From Okamejei kenojei (lineage: Eukaryota), in NCBI GenBank assembly GCA_035221665.1, contig CM069147.1, positions 1,302,001 to 1,366,000 on the forward strand: a DNA stretch of 64,000 nucleotides, in the 5' to 3' direction. Positions 1-11,862 of this stretch are shown in pieces (within the stretch, counting starts at the first letter, position 1; the number at the start of each line of letters is the position of its first letter). The notes beneath the pieces are model-generated. The model was not told the DNA's origin and ran no database searches. It worked only from the letters and a program-made list of their open reading frames with translations. The position numbers and the translations under genes are program-made.

Positions 1-401
1 AGTGATGCAAATTATAGGCCACGCTTTAACAAGGCCAGAGATGAAGCTGCGACTGACCAGACAATATATAGCGGACCAAGTCAGCGGACCAAGGCCAGAG
101 ACAGGTGCCGCTGCTACATGGATCCTTCCACATCCGTCATACTGTGGGGAGCAGACAATTCATTCTGGAGCAAAATTGAAAGTCAGAGGCAGAGTGTGAA
201 AGAACAGAGTGACAATAATAAAGTGCCCCGGCTTCACATTAATCTCCGTCACTCCAGGCCTGTCAGAGCCGGCCCGATGGTGACTAATGCCCAGCTTTGC
301 ATACAGTGGTCGCAGACAAGTGCAGCATGCTCCCTTTACAGCAGCCGCAACTCCTGCAGAATCACGCAATAACTCACAGGTAGAACACTGTAGCCTTTAT
401 C

Positions 402-438
402 ATTCAGATTCAGATTCAGATTCAGATTCAGATTCAAA
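402..438 (-). repeat. (TCAGAT)n hexamer microsatellite, the 3' tail of the Rex1/Babar element
   Basis: attcagattcagattcagattcagattcagattca directly downstream of the element's 3' UTR. Confidence 0.85.
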
Positions 439-3400
439 CGTTATTGTCATTGTGCAGTGTACAAGTACAGAGACAACGGAATGGAGTCAGCATCTCACCC
501 AGAAGTGCCAACACAGAATAATGGAACAGTAAATATATATATGTATATACAGTAGCAGTAGTGCAAATTTCGGGGGGGGGGGGGGGGGGTGGGAGATCAG
601 TCACTGGGGGAAGGATGTCCGTGGGGGGGTGACTGGCAATCACCAAGGTGCAGATTAAGCAGTGTAACAGCCGCAGGGAAGAAGCTGTTCCTGAACCTGC
701 TGGTCCGGCAACGGAGAGACTGGTAGCGCCTCCCGGATGGGAGGAGGGTAAACAGTCTGTGGCTGGGGTGAGAGCAGTCCTTGACGATGCTGCGCGCCCT
801 TCGCAGACATCGCTTGCTTTGGACAGACTCAATGGAGGGGAGTGAGGAACCGGTGATGCGTTGGGCGATCTTCACCACCCTCTGCAGTGCTTTCCGGTCG
901 GAGACAGAGCAGTTGCCATACCATACTGTGATACAGTTGGTAAGGATGCTCTCAATGGTGCAGCGGTAGAAGTTCACCGGAATCTGAGGAGACAGATGGA
1001 CCTTCTTTAGTCTCCTCAGGAAGAAGAGATGCTGGTGAGCCTTCTTGACCAGTGTAGAGGTATTGTGGGTCCAAGAGAGGTCATCAGAGATGTTGACCCC
1101 CAGAAACCTGAAACTGGAAACACGTTCCACCTCCGTCCCATTAATATGGATGGGGGTGTGCGTGCAGCCCCAAGACCTTCTATAGTCTACAATGAGCTCC
1201 TTGGTCTTCTTGAAGTTAAGGGCCAGGTTGTTGTCAGCGCACCATGCTGCTAGGAGCTGAACCTCCTCCCTATAGGCCGACTCATCGTTGTCGCTGATGA
1301 TGATGATGGTGTTAGAACCATGCAGTCATAGGTGAAGAGGGAGTAGAGGAGGGGGCTCAGTACACAGCCCTGTGGAACGCCGGTGTTCAGGGTGAGGGTT
1401 GAAGAGGTGTGATTGTCCAACCTAACAGACTGTGGTCTGTTAGTCAGGAAGTCCAGTATCCAGTTGCAAAGGGAGGGGTTGATGCCCAGGTCGCTGAGTT
1501 TGGGATAATGGTGTTAAATGCTGAGCTAAAGTCGATGAACAGCATTCTCACGTAGGTGTCTCTGTTGTCGAGGTGGGGGAGGGCGGAGTGAAGTGCCGTG
1601 GAGATGTCATCCTCCGTACTCCTGTTCTTGCGGTAGGTGAACTGATAGGGGCCCAGTGTGGGAGGTAGGCAGCCTTTGAGGTGTGCCAGGACCAGCCTCT
1701 CGAAGCACTTAGTAAGTGCAACTGGGCGGAAGTCGTTGAGGCTCGCCGCAGTGGAGTGTTTTGGCACTGGCACGATGGAGGTAGTTTTAAGGCATGTGGG
1801 GACAACTGCCTGGGCAAGTGACAGGTTGAAGATGTCAGTCCAGACGTCTGTCAGCTGCGGAGCACAGGTCCTGAGGCCAGGCCCGGGGATGCCGTCAGGG
1901 CCGGCAGCCTTACGTACATTAATCCTGCTCAGTGCCGCATACACGTCGATGGGGTCGAGTGTGAGGGGCTGGTGGTCAGCAGGGAGACAGCCTTGATGGC
2001 CAACTCTTGGTTGTCCCTGTCAAAGCGGCCATAAAAGTGATTGAGTTCCTCGAGGAAGGATGCGTCGCTGGAAGTGGGGGTGGAGTTGGTGGCTCTGTAG
2101 TCAGTGATGGCCTGGATGCCATGCCACATGCGTCGGGGGTCAGAGTTGCTGTCGAAGTGCTCCTCGATCCGCAGCTTGTATCTGTGTTTGGCGTTCTTGA
2201 TGCCCCTCTTCAGATTGGCCCTCGATGAACTATAGGCACGGGCATCGCCTGATCTGAAAGCCGAGTCCCGTGCTTTCAGCAGTAGCCTGACCTCGCTGTT
2301 CATCCATTGCTTCTGATTTGGGTATGTGGTGATTTGTTTGAGAGTGGTGACACTGTTGATGGAGGAGTTGATGAAGTCCAGAACAGAGGAAGTATAGGCG
2401 TCAATGTCAGTGTGGGAGTCAAGGGTGGCCTGAGCTGCAAACGCATCCCAGTCAGTGTTACCAAAACGCTGCTGAAGTGTGGAGTCCGCTTCATCTGACC
2501 AAACCTTGACTGTCCTCACTGTGGGGTTAACGCGGCTGATGAGTGGGGAGTACTTAGGGAGCAGGAACAATGATAAAGTGATCAGACTGACCAAGGTGGG
2601 GGAGGGGGGTGGCTTTGTACGCTTCAGCCATGTTGGTGTAGACTTTGTCCGGTGTTTTGTCCACTCTAGTGGCGAAGGAGACATGTTGGTGGAATTTGGG
2701 GAGTACAGTCTTCAGGTTGGAGTGATTGAAGTCACCCGCAACAATGAAGGCTGCGTCTGGATTGAGGGTCAGTTGTTTGCTAACGGCAATATGCAGTTCT
2801 TTCATTGCAAGCTTGGCATTAGCTTCAGGAGGAATATAGGCTGCAGTCACAACAGTGGAGGTAAACTCTCTGGGCAGATAGAACGGTCTGCACTTAACCA
2901 AGAGGAACTCAAGGTTGGCTGAGCAGTGACTCTCAATGATGGTGGTGTCTGTGCACCATGCTTTGTGTACATACATGCACAGACCCCACCTCTGGTCTTA
3001 CCGGAGTCAGATGTTCTGTCCGCTCGGAGTATATGACGCCCCGTTAGCTCGATGGCGCTATCAGGAACGTCGGTGTTGAGGCAAGTTTCTGTGAAGATCA
3101 TGATGCTGCAGTCTTTGATCCAGTTGTGGGAAGTAAGCCGGAGTTCATCCAGTTTGTTCGGAAGTGAGCGTAAGTTTGCGAGGAGAAGGCTAGGAATCTA
3201 TAGCCAGTGTGGGGCTAGCTCTAACCTAGCCTTTAACCCACCTCGGCATCCAGGGCGGTGTTTGTGCTCGTGTCGCCGTCTGTGGGTGCTTCCGGTCGGC
3301 CGAGCTGGCTTGGTACGCTCCGCTCTTCCACCGCTCCGCTGTTCTGGCTAGTTCAGGAGCGAGACGGAGTTCGCCCAAAAAGTTGTTGCAGCTGCAGGAA

Positions 3401-3553
3401 CCGATGTTCAGAAGTTCCTGTCGGCTGTATGATAGGAACGCAAGACTGCTCCGTGTGAACAGACTTGAAACAATTAAGTAAATTATAGCGAGTTCGCTGA
3501 TTCTCGTTAGACACGGGGCGTTGCGATGTGCCCTCGCCACCGCCATCTTGGAG
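402..3553 (-). mobile_element. Rex1/Babar-clade non-LTR retrotransposon, near full length, frameshifted and internally deleted
   Basis: Collinear minus-strand ORF pieces: N-terminal YSRQELLNIG (3226-3564), APE endonuclease (IFTET, RADR, GDFNH), RT ([40 protein letters not shown] near 1354-1383) and C-terminal FLRRLKK..NFYRCTIESIL..HPSHRLF. The 5' end carries CAAGATGGCG and the 3' end a (TGAATC)n tail at 402-438. Confidence 0.9.
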
Positions 3554-3611
3554 TAATCCATCATATCTATTGATATCTACTTCCTGAGAAGATTACGGAG
3601 AGTCGGTCTGT

Positions 3612-3858
3612 CAAGGAGGACTCTCTCCAACTTCTACAGGTGCACAGTAGAGAGCTTGCTGACCGGTTGCATCGTGGCTTGGTTCGGCAACTTGAGCGCC
3701 CTGGAGAGGAAAAGACGACAAAAAGTAGTAAACACTGCCCAGTCCATCATCGGCTCTGACCTTCCTTCCATCGAGGGGATTTACCGCAGTCGCTGCCTCA
3801 AAAAGGCTGGCAGCATCATCAAGGACCCACACCACCCTGGCCACACACTCATCTCCCT
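3612..3858 (+). mobile_element. Rex1/Babar-like RT C-terminal fragment
   Basis: NFYRCTVESLLTGCIVAWFGN..ALERKRRQKVV..PSIEGIYRSRCLKKAGSIIKDPHHPGH is homologous to ORF 597-1130. Confidence 0.85.
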
Positions 3859-4278
3859 TGGTTTCACGGCATTTGCAGCAGGTACATAGCTTAGGTCTCT
3901 GCATTTCAAAATGAAATGATGTGGAAAGACTGTAGGATTTTCCAGGGTGATATCAGAACGGGAATACAATAGTAAGAAAGAGTGAAAAGGAAAGGCCACT
4001 GATGTTTGCTTTCAACTGACGCACCACTAATAGTACCAGCTTGCTGTAAAAACCGTCTGGTGCGTTGATACCGACAAGGAAGGAGATTTGTCATCTTCAT
4101 TGGCTGCCCATATACAACCAGCTTTGTGAAATGGCTGATCAAACCACTCACTTCACCAGTGATTCCAGACGGGCCATAGATCCCGGCCACGGTGACAATG
4201 ACCACGTTCTGTCACTGAATAAGAAAAAGGAGATGATTCCATTTATGGACAAGTTCAACATTCGGAAAAAAAAAGACA

Positions 4279-5089
4279 CAGAGTGCTGGAGTAACTCAGC
4301 GGGTCAGGCAGCATCTGTGGAGAACATGGATAGGTGACGTTTCACAGAGTGCTGGAGTAACTCAGCGGGTCAGGCAGCATCTGTGGAGAACATGGATAGG
4401 TGACGTTTCACAGAGTGCTGGAGTAACTCAGCGGGTCAGGCAGCATCTGTGGAGAACATGGATAGGTGACGTTTCACAGAGTGCTGGAGTAACTCAGCGG
4501 GTCAGGCAGCATCTCTGGAGAACATGGATAGGTGACGTTTCACAGAGTGCTGGAGTAACTCAGCGGGTCAGGCAGCATCTGTGGAGAACATGGATAGGTG
4601 ACGTTTCACAGAGTGCTGGAGTAACTCAGCGGGTCAGGCAGCATCTGTGGAGAACATGGATAGGTGACGTTTCACAGAGTGCTGGAGTAACTCAGCGGGT
4701 CAGGCAGCATCTGTGGAGAACATGGATAGGTGACGTTTCACAGAGTGCTGGAGTAACTCAGCGGGTCAGGCAGCATCTCTGGAGAACATGGATAGGTGAC
4801 GTTTCACAGAGTGCTGGAGTAACTCAGCGGGGCAGGCAGCATCTGTGGAGAACATGGATAGGTGACGTTTCACAGAGTGCTGGAGTAACTCAGCGGGTCA
4901 GGCAGCATCTGTGGAGAACATGGATAGGTGACGTTTCACAGAGTGCTGGAGTAACTCAGCGGGTCAGGCAGCATCTGTGGAGAACATGGATAGGTGACGT
5001 TTCACAGAGTGCTGGAGTAACTCAGCGGGTCAGGCAGCATCTCTGGGGAACATGGATAGGGGATGTTTTGGGTCGAGACCCTTCTTCAG
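4279..5089 (-). repeat. 12 x 66-bp tandem array derived from the Penelope-like hammerhead element, capped by a degenerate hammerhead core
   Basis: Unit cagagtgctggagtaactcagcgggtcaggcagcatctgtggagaacatggataggtgacgtttca starts at 4279, 4345 ... 5005. The array ends in gggtcgagacccttcttcag, the reverse complement of CTGAAGAAGGGTCTCGACCC. Confidence 0.95.
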
Positions 5090-5369
5090 ACTGATGCTGC
5101 TATCAATCAATTGATGGACTGCACCAGTTTATGTCTGGGCATCAGGTTGAAAACCTTCTCAAACGCTGCAAGAATGAGCCGGGGGAACACATTCTGTCCA
5201 CAGAAACTGCTGGCTTTCTAATGAGAGTGGCTGTTGTCTGCTGTCTGCCGTTGTAAAGTGTCAGAGAAAGAGAGAGAGAGAGAGAGATAGCCCGGCACAG
5301 CCCAGACATCATGGTCAAGGTAAAGCTGTTTGATGCAGAGACTGGAGGAGGAGGCTGGCTCTACAGGTT

Positions 5370-5940
5370 AATAAGGTCATAAGGTAATTGGGAATAGGAG
5401 TCGAATTAGGCCATTCGGCCCATCAAGTCTACTCCGCCATTCAGTCATGGCTGATCTATCTCTCCCTCCTAACCACATTCTCCTGCCTTCTCCCCATAAC
5501 TTCTGACACCCGTACTATCAAGAATCTATCTATCTCTGCCTTATCTAAGTTAAGAGGGGGGGGGGGGGGGGGGGTACGGGCAGATGGCAGGGTGATGGGT
5601 GGGGGGCATTTACAAGGTTTCAGCTTGCAATGTACTGTATGTGAGGCTGATCAGAGTGGCTGCATTCCCCAACAAGGGTGGGAAAAGGAGAGAGAAGTAT
5701 CAGATAGAAACACAACCCTGAGGACCCCCTCAGTAATCCCACCAAAGGTGCTCCAGCCTGTGACAGCCATTGACTTGGTCTCTACTGCCGTCTGTGGCAA
5801 AGAATTCCACAGATTCACAACCCTCTGTGTACAAAGATTCCTCCTCATCTCCTTCCCAAAAGAACGTCCTTTAATTCTGAGGCTGTGACCTCTATTCCTA
5901 GACTCTCCCACTAGTGGAAACATCCTCTCCACATCCAAAT
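5370..5940 (-). mobile_element. CR1 LINE 3' fragment interrupted by an unrelated ~220-bp segment (about 5545-5762)
   Basis: Translation RMFPLVGESRNRGHSLRIKGRSF..EMRRN..TQRVVNLWNSLPQ matches the end of ORF 58077-59975, and the 3' UTR ends in a (CTTATGA)-like tail. Confidence 0.85.
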
Positions 5941-6026
5941 CCTCAGCATCTTTTCCTCTAGTCTGCAAGACCGATTCTGGGGTGGATGTTGCCACAGGAA
6001 TTTCTGCTTCCAAGCATCATGGAACC

Positions 6027-6520
6027 TATTTAATAGGAACCTGAGGGACAACCATTTCACAGAGGATGGTGGGTGTATGGAATGAGCTGCCCGAGGAGGC
6101 TGGGACTATCACAACCAGTTAAACAGGTACATGGATAGGACAGGTTTGGAGGGGTATGAACCAAATGCATGCAGGTGGGACCAGTGTAGCTGGGACATTG
6201 TTGGCCGGTGTGGGCAAGTTGGGCTGAAGGTCCTGTTTCCATGCTGTATCACTCTGTGACTAGTGTAGCTGGGACATGTTGGCTGGTGTGGGCAAGTTGG
6301 GCTGAAGGGCCTGTTTCCATACTGTATCACTCTATGACTATGACTCTGAACCTTTGTTTCAATGGCACTTGGACAGGTACATGGATAGGAAAGATTTAGA
6401 GGGATGTGGGCCAAACACGGGCAGGTAGGACTAGTGTAGATGGGACATCTTGGTTGGCATGGACAGGTCGGGCCAGAGGGCCGGTTTCTGTTCTGTATAT
6501 GTCTCTACAACTCTATGACA
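6027..6520 (+). mobile_element. CR1 3' end with three successive tail copies
   Basis: Repeated tagtgtagctgggacat..gggctgaagggcctgtttcc..ctgtatcactctatgac. Confidence 0.8.
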
Positions 6521-7086
6521 CTATTACAGTGAAGTCTGTAACTGTACAAATGTTGATTTATACCTAAGACAAAGTGCTGGAGTTGCTTAGATTGGACATT
6601 GGAGTTGAGTGTGGCGTGTGAAATGGGAGTGGAGGGTTAACAAATTCCTGCAACCTGCATTACTCCCTGCCTTGGGCAGTGGTTGGGATGACCAAGAGCT
6701 CACATGGGGACAGGATGCATGGTGTGGGTGCAAGGTGAGGATGAAGTGGCCAGTGCAACACACATCCTCGTGTGGGGAATAGAGGATCCCTCCTCTGCAG
6801 CAACATACAGTGTTGGGAGTAACTCAACCGGTCAGTCAGCATATGTGGAGGGAATGGACAGACCCTTTTGGGTCAGATCCTTCTTCTTACTCTCCATTTT
6901 GTTTCTTCCATGAATTGGATGCTGGAGAATAAAGTTCGAGTAAATCATTAAAATGTAACTGAGATAAATTGTGGCTGAATTGGCAACTATGTGTATGTGT
7001 GCGAGGGATTAGAGTTGCCCAATGCTCGACCCGACTGTCACGGATTCCACTGGATCCGGTGGAGGCCTGGAACACACTGCAGCCGG

Positions 7087-7129
<43 letters not shown>

Positions 7130-8734
7130 GGCAGAGACCACAGTGGCATTTAACAGGCTTTGGGATACAGAGGGATAGAGATCACATGCAGGCTGATAAG
7201 AGTTGGACGACATCATGCTAAGCATGGGCATTGTGGGCTGAAGGGCCTGTTCCTGTGCTGTACGGTTCTATGTTCCAAGTTAAGGTGGGTGAAGGAAACT
7301 TAATTTAAGCCAAGTTCACTTCTACATTTCCAGTATTTTCTTATGAAACCATTAAGAATAGCTGATCTCTTGTGAGCAAGCAAATAATTCCACTGGAATA
7401 GTGGAGTCAAAGCGCAAGAGAATGGTGTTCGTAATTCATTTGTCAAGCCGAATGACAGATCACTTGTTTAAAAAGTCTCAGTATTAAAAATAATGAATCC
7501 AGTAGTTTCTCACAGGAGTTCCTTCTGGGGAAACCAATTCCATTTTTAATAGGAATAACCCGGGCAAGATAATTCAATTAGTATTTTTAAAAATCTATCT
7601 TTGATACAGCTTATTTGTAGCCTTTTCAATTCCAGTATTTGTCAGTGTGCTGGAGAAGTCAATCTGAGGAGACTATGTCAGATGCATCACACTCGCGCTG
7701 GTAATTTGAGGGGTGACATTGTGGTTGTTGCATTGTGTGGTCGTAGTCCTCTCCACCACACATGAGCTCCAATAACCTGCCCCAGAAGAGGCAAATGTGG
7801 ACAGTAAGATGTCGGCATTGTCAGGAAGGGCAGCAATGGCTTGCCAATGAATCAATCAATATTACAAGTGATCAGATAATTGATTATATTCTCACATACG
7901 TTGTTGACAGCAACAACACATTACACAGAAGGTGAAATAATTGTTCTGATTGGCCTGCCAACCCTGTCAAGCTAGATTCAGTTTGGGACTGTGGAAAGCC
8001 CTTTGGGCTACACAAATCGCTTGCTTGATTGCTTGTGGGATTGATATGCACAGCTAACACCAGCAGCCCAACCTTACGTCAGGCCAACAAGCCCCTGAAA
8101 TCAATCGAGCGTGTCAGGCTGCAGGTCAGAGACTCATTCTATCTTACATAACAGCTACCGTTACAAAATAGAGCGATATGGTACACATTAGCTCAGGCTT
8201 GTGTACGCTACAGCAACATTTCTGTTAGAATAGGCTTTACACAAAGCACTGCCTAACATAACCCTCACTGAAGGCACGAGACTACATGTCGAATACGCTT
8301 TGTAGGAATTCATGTCAACTGCTACAATGCATCTTTACCAAATCTTTACCAGTAAACATGCGCTGGGTACAGTTCTTTATTCAAAGCAAATGTCTGAACA
8401 TTATCAACTTGGCGTGACTGTAATTAGGACATGGGTTGAAAGTCAAACATGGCATAGTTGGTTAAACTATCATAAAACATGGATCGTAAACATGGTTGGG
8501 CACAGATACATGGTTTACACACCAGACCTTAAGATCCAAAAATCTGCCAATCTCTGGCTTGAGTATACGAGGTGACTGCCTTAAATCCTTTTAGAGTCAC
8601 ACATTCTCCGTAGTGAATATCCAAGAACAAAATAAATAGATCTACTAAAGGGTTGGCAAGTTAGTGTTAATGAGACCTTCTAATTAGGAACGTTTAAAAA
8701 TACTTGTTCAAACATACAACTTTACACGAAACGC

Positions 8735-8835
8735 AAACTCAGCGGGTCAGGCAGCATCTGTGGAGAACATGGATAGGTGACGTTTCACAGAGTGCTGGAG
8801 TAACTCAGCGGGTCAGGCAGCATCTGTGGAGCATG
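8735..8835 (-). repeat. About 1.5 copies of the 66-bp unit
   Basis: Essentially identical to the unit of the 4279-5089 array. Confidence 0.9.
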
Positions 8836-8919
8836 GGGATGGGCTTTACACATTGTGATAATATCACACATTGGTAGCAGGAGTGGGTACACATGGTCTC
8901 TTGAAACTGCTTCTCAGGA

Positions 8920-9375
8920 ATCAACTTACCTCTGGATTCACCATCCTCTGAGGTGAGAGTTAATAAACTTGTAACTCTCTGAGGCATTTATTTTACCTCA
9001 TGTCTTCATGAGGTAGCAATGTCTTACACGGATGACCCCTTATTTTTAAACAATGAACTCCATTGGACTTTCCAACAAGGGGATACAACCCCTCCACATC
9101 TCAAGTGAGTTCCAATCAGCTGCTTTGTTTCAATTTAGTCTCCTATCTTTCCCCCCTAGATACAGGCCCAACTTGCTGAACCTATCCTGGTAAGATCCTC
9201 GACCCATTACCGCTCCTAGTCAAGTAAACCCTTTCTAAACAGCTTCTTCCTCAGTAAATAAAAAGATCCAATCTGCACACAATTCTTCTGCTGTGGTCTC
9301 ACCAAAGTCCCACATAATTGAGGCATAACCTCACGACTCCGGTCTTCAATTCTCCAGTGTTAAATGATAACATTC
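8920..9375 (-). mobile_element. Old, diverged CR1 3' fragment
   Basis: Residual similarity to the reverse complement of the CR1 RT end (ggattcacc.., ccccttatttttaaac, ctccacatc, ggtctcaccaa). Confidence 0.5.
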
Positions 9376-10444
9376 TGTTCCATCTCCTCAATACTTCTGA
9401 GCCATTAGTGAAGCAGACAGTCAGACATTCAGACTGCATCTGTCCAGAACCTTTCTGCTACAGGTCTGTGGGCTGGGATGTCCTTGGTCAGGCAGTGCCC
9501 ATCTACAGGGTCAAGCCTGAGAGATGGGGTTTGGAGGTCAGGTTTGACCTGAGCTGGGGTGGTAAAACCTGCTTGGTCAGACAGTAGCATTGTGTTATTG
9601 TAGACAGAACAAAAGTCAGACAAATAATGAATTTGCAATCACAAGGCAGCTGAGAATTGCAGCATTTTTGAAGATTGAAAATCATTGCTGTGTTCAAATG
9701 GATCATGAAAGATGGTGCCATCTGTTACTGGAGGAAATCAGTCTTGCAGTTTTTTCAATGTTGCTAATGTTATATTTTAGTACCCATAACAAAATATAGT
9801 ATTCATCGAGTAAAACCTCTTAACTAACTCACCGTGAGATGAGGAGATTTATGGAGGTGTCTGCTCCAAAACCTTTTGCTTCTGTTAACGGTGCAGTATA
9901 AATGTATCAGATTCCCTGCACTAAAAACAATTCTGTTATAGATCATAATCTTGATTATTGTACAGTAATTGTTTCCCTCAGATTCCATTTTTTTCTCATC
10001 AACATGAAAATTACAACTCAAGGCAGATTAGAAAGGTGAAAATGAATAATTTCAGAATTATATCTGCTGATCTCGTCTCCCATTATAAAAGTATTCAGTT
10101 GCTGCCTTCACAGTTTTGCTCCTCAATGCCATAAAAAGGAATGACCATATGTGTGCAGTTAAACTCACCTAGATACACATCTCTCACAGTCTAGTACAGA
10201 GCGTTTGGCCTCTAGATGCTGAGGCAAGAGAGAGAATGATGTCTATTGCAGTCCGTCGGGGAGCTTGTGTCCAAGAGCCAAATTTCAGACATTAAATATA
10301 ATGATTTCCCAAGTATCTAACACATATGCTACTTGGCTGTGATGAGATTCTATTTCTAGCATTCTTTGTCATTCGAAAACACCATCATGCCTCTTTTCTA
10401 AATGCTCGTCTGAGTAGCATGACAGCACTATGGCGGGTTTAAGT

Positions 10445-10620
10445 TCAGAGGTCATGTCATAAGGTCATAAGGGATAGGAGTAAATTAGGCCATTCAGCCC
10501 ATAAAGTCTACTCTGCCATTTAATCATGGCTGATCTATCTCTCCCTCCTAACCCCATTCTCCTGCCTTCTCCCTATAACCCCTGACACCCAAACTAATCA
10601 AGAATCTACCTATCTCTGTC
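10445..10620 (-). mobile_element. CR1 3' UTR fragment
   Basis: Nearly the same sequence as 5370-5545, 42228-42465 and 52600-52832. Confidence 0.8.
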
Positions 10621-10684
10621 CACACACTACTGGTGAACATGGGGCCATAATGTAGCATTGACAAACACACAAGTTATTCTATCA

Positions 10685-10884
10685 AAGATTGACACAAAAT
10701 GCTGGAGTAACTCAGTGGGACGATGCTGGAGTAACTCAGCAGCATTTATGGATAGAAGGAATGGTTGACATTTTGGGTCAAGACAGTTCCGTCTCTCCAG
10801 GGATGCTGCATGTCCCGCTAAGTTAGTCCAGCCTTTTGTGTCTATCTTTAGTGTAAAGCAGCATCTGTAGTTCCTTCTTACACT
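10685..10884. mobile_element. Palindromic Penelope-like short element with an imperfect 13-bp TSD
   Basis: Inverted arms tgctggagtaactcag / ctaagttagtccagc, flanked by agttattctatca (10672-10684) and agctattctgtca (10885-10897). Confidence 0.7.
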
Positions 10885-10932
10885 AGCTATTCTGTCACCA
10901 TGTGTGCACAACTCTTCATGGTCACTCTTGTC

Positions 10933-11375
10933 CATTAAGCTGGAAAGAATGCAGAGACGATTTACAAGCATGTTGCCACCAGGGAGAGGTTGGGCAGGCT
11001 AGGACTTTATTCCTTGGAGTGCACGAGGCTGAGAGGTGATCGTATAGAGGTGTGTAAGATCATGAGGAGGATATATGAGGTAAATGCACTATCTTTTTCC
11101 CCGAGGTAGGGGAATCCAGAACCTGAGGACACAGGTTTAAGGTGAGAGGGAGAGAGTTAGTAAAAACATGAGGGGAAATGTTTTCACACAGAGGGTAGTG
11201 AGTATATGGAGTGAACTGCCAGAGGTGGTACCTAGTTGTAAAAACAGCATATAAGAGACACTTGGACAGGCACATGGTAGGAAAGGCTTCGAGGGATGTG
11301 GGACAAGCAGGCAGGTGGGACTGGTTTCAATGGGGCACTTTGGTTGGGTGGACGAGTTTGGCTCGATGACTAGGT
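10933..11375 (+). mobile_element. CR1 3' fragment
   Basis: aagctggaaagaatgcagagacgatttac..ggactttattccttggag..aggtttaaggtgagagg, similar to 20370-21215. Confidence 0.8.
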
Positions 11376-11557
11376 TCAATTTATTTTTAGAAACATGGAA
11401 CTACAGATGTTGGTCCACAAATAAGACACAAAGTGCTGGAGTAACATAGTGGGCCAGAAGGCAGCTCTGGGAACATGGATAGGTGACCAGAAGGCAGCTC
11501 TGGGAACATGGATAGGTGACGTTTTGGGTTTGGAGCCTTCTTCAGACTTGAACATTT

Positions 11558-11862
11558 ACTTTAGACTTTAGACATACAGTGTAGTACCAGGCCCTTCAGC
11601 CCACCGTGTTCATCCTGCCCAGCGATCACCCCCTACACTAACACCATCCTACACACTGGGGACAATTTACAATTACAGAAGACAATTAACCTACAAATTT
11701 GCATGACTTTGGAGTGTGGGAGGAAACTGGAGCACCCGGAGAAAACCCACGCAGTCACAGGGAGAACGTACAAACTCCGTACAGACAGCACCCGTAGTCA
11801 GGATGGAACCCGGGTCTTTGGTGCGGTGAGGCAGCACCTCTACCACTGCGCCACCGTGCCCC
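11558..11862 (-). mobile_element. tRNA-derived V-SINE (HE1-like)
   Basis: Reverse strand shows an A-box head ggcacggtggcgcagtggtaga, a B-box-like gggttccatcc, the central V domain and a CR1-like tail. Confidence 0.85.

Noticed and set aside
4279-5089. CRISPR-like appearance of the regular arrays
   Set aside because: Units are contiguous and identical with no unique spacers, there are no cas genes, and the context is eukaryotic.
7087-7128. Long poly-G/C runs (also ~572, ~5556, ~12117, ~22605, ~50431)
   Set aside because: Homopolymers of unreliable length with no supportable function; the poly-Gly/Pro ORFs are artefacts.
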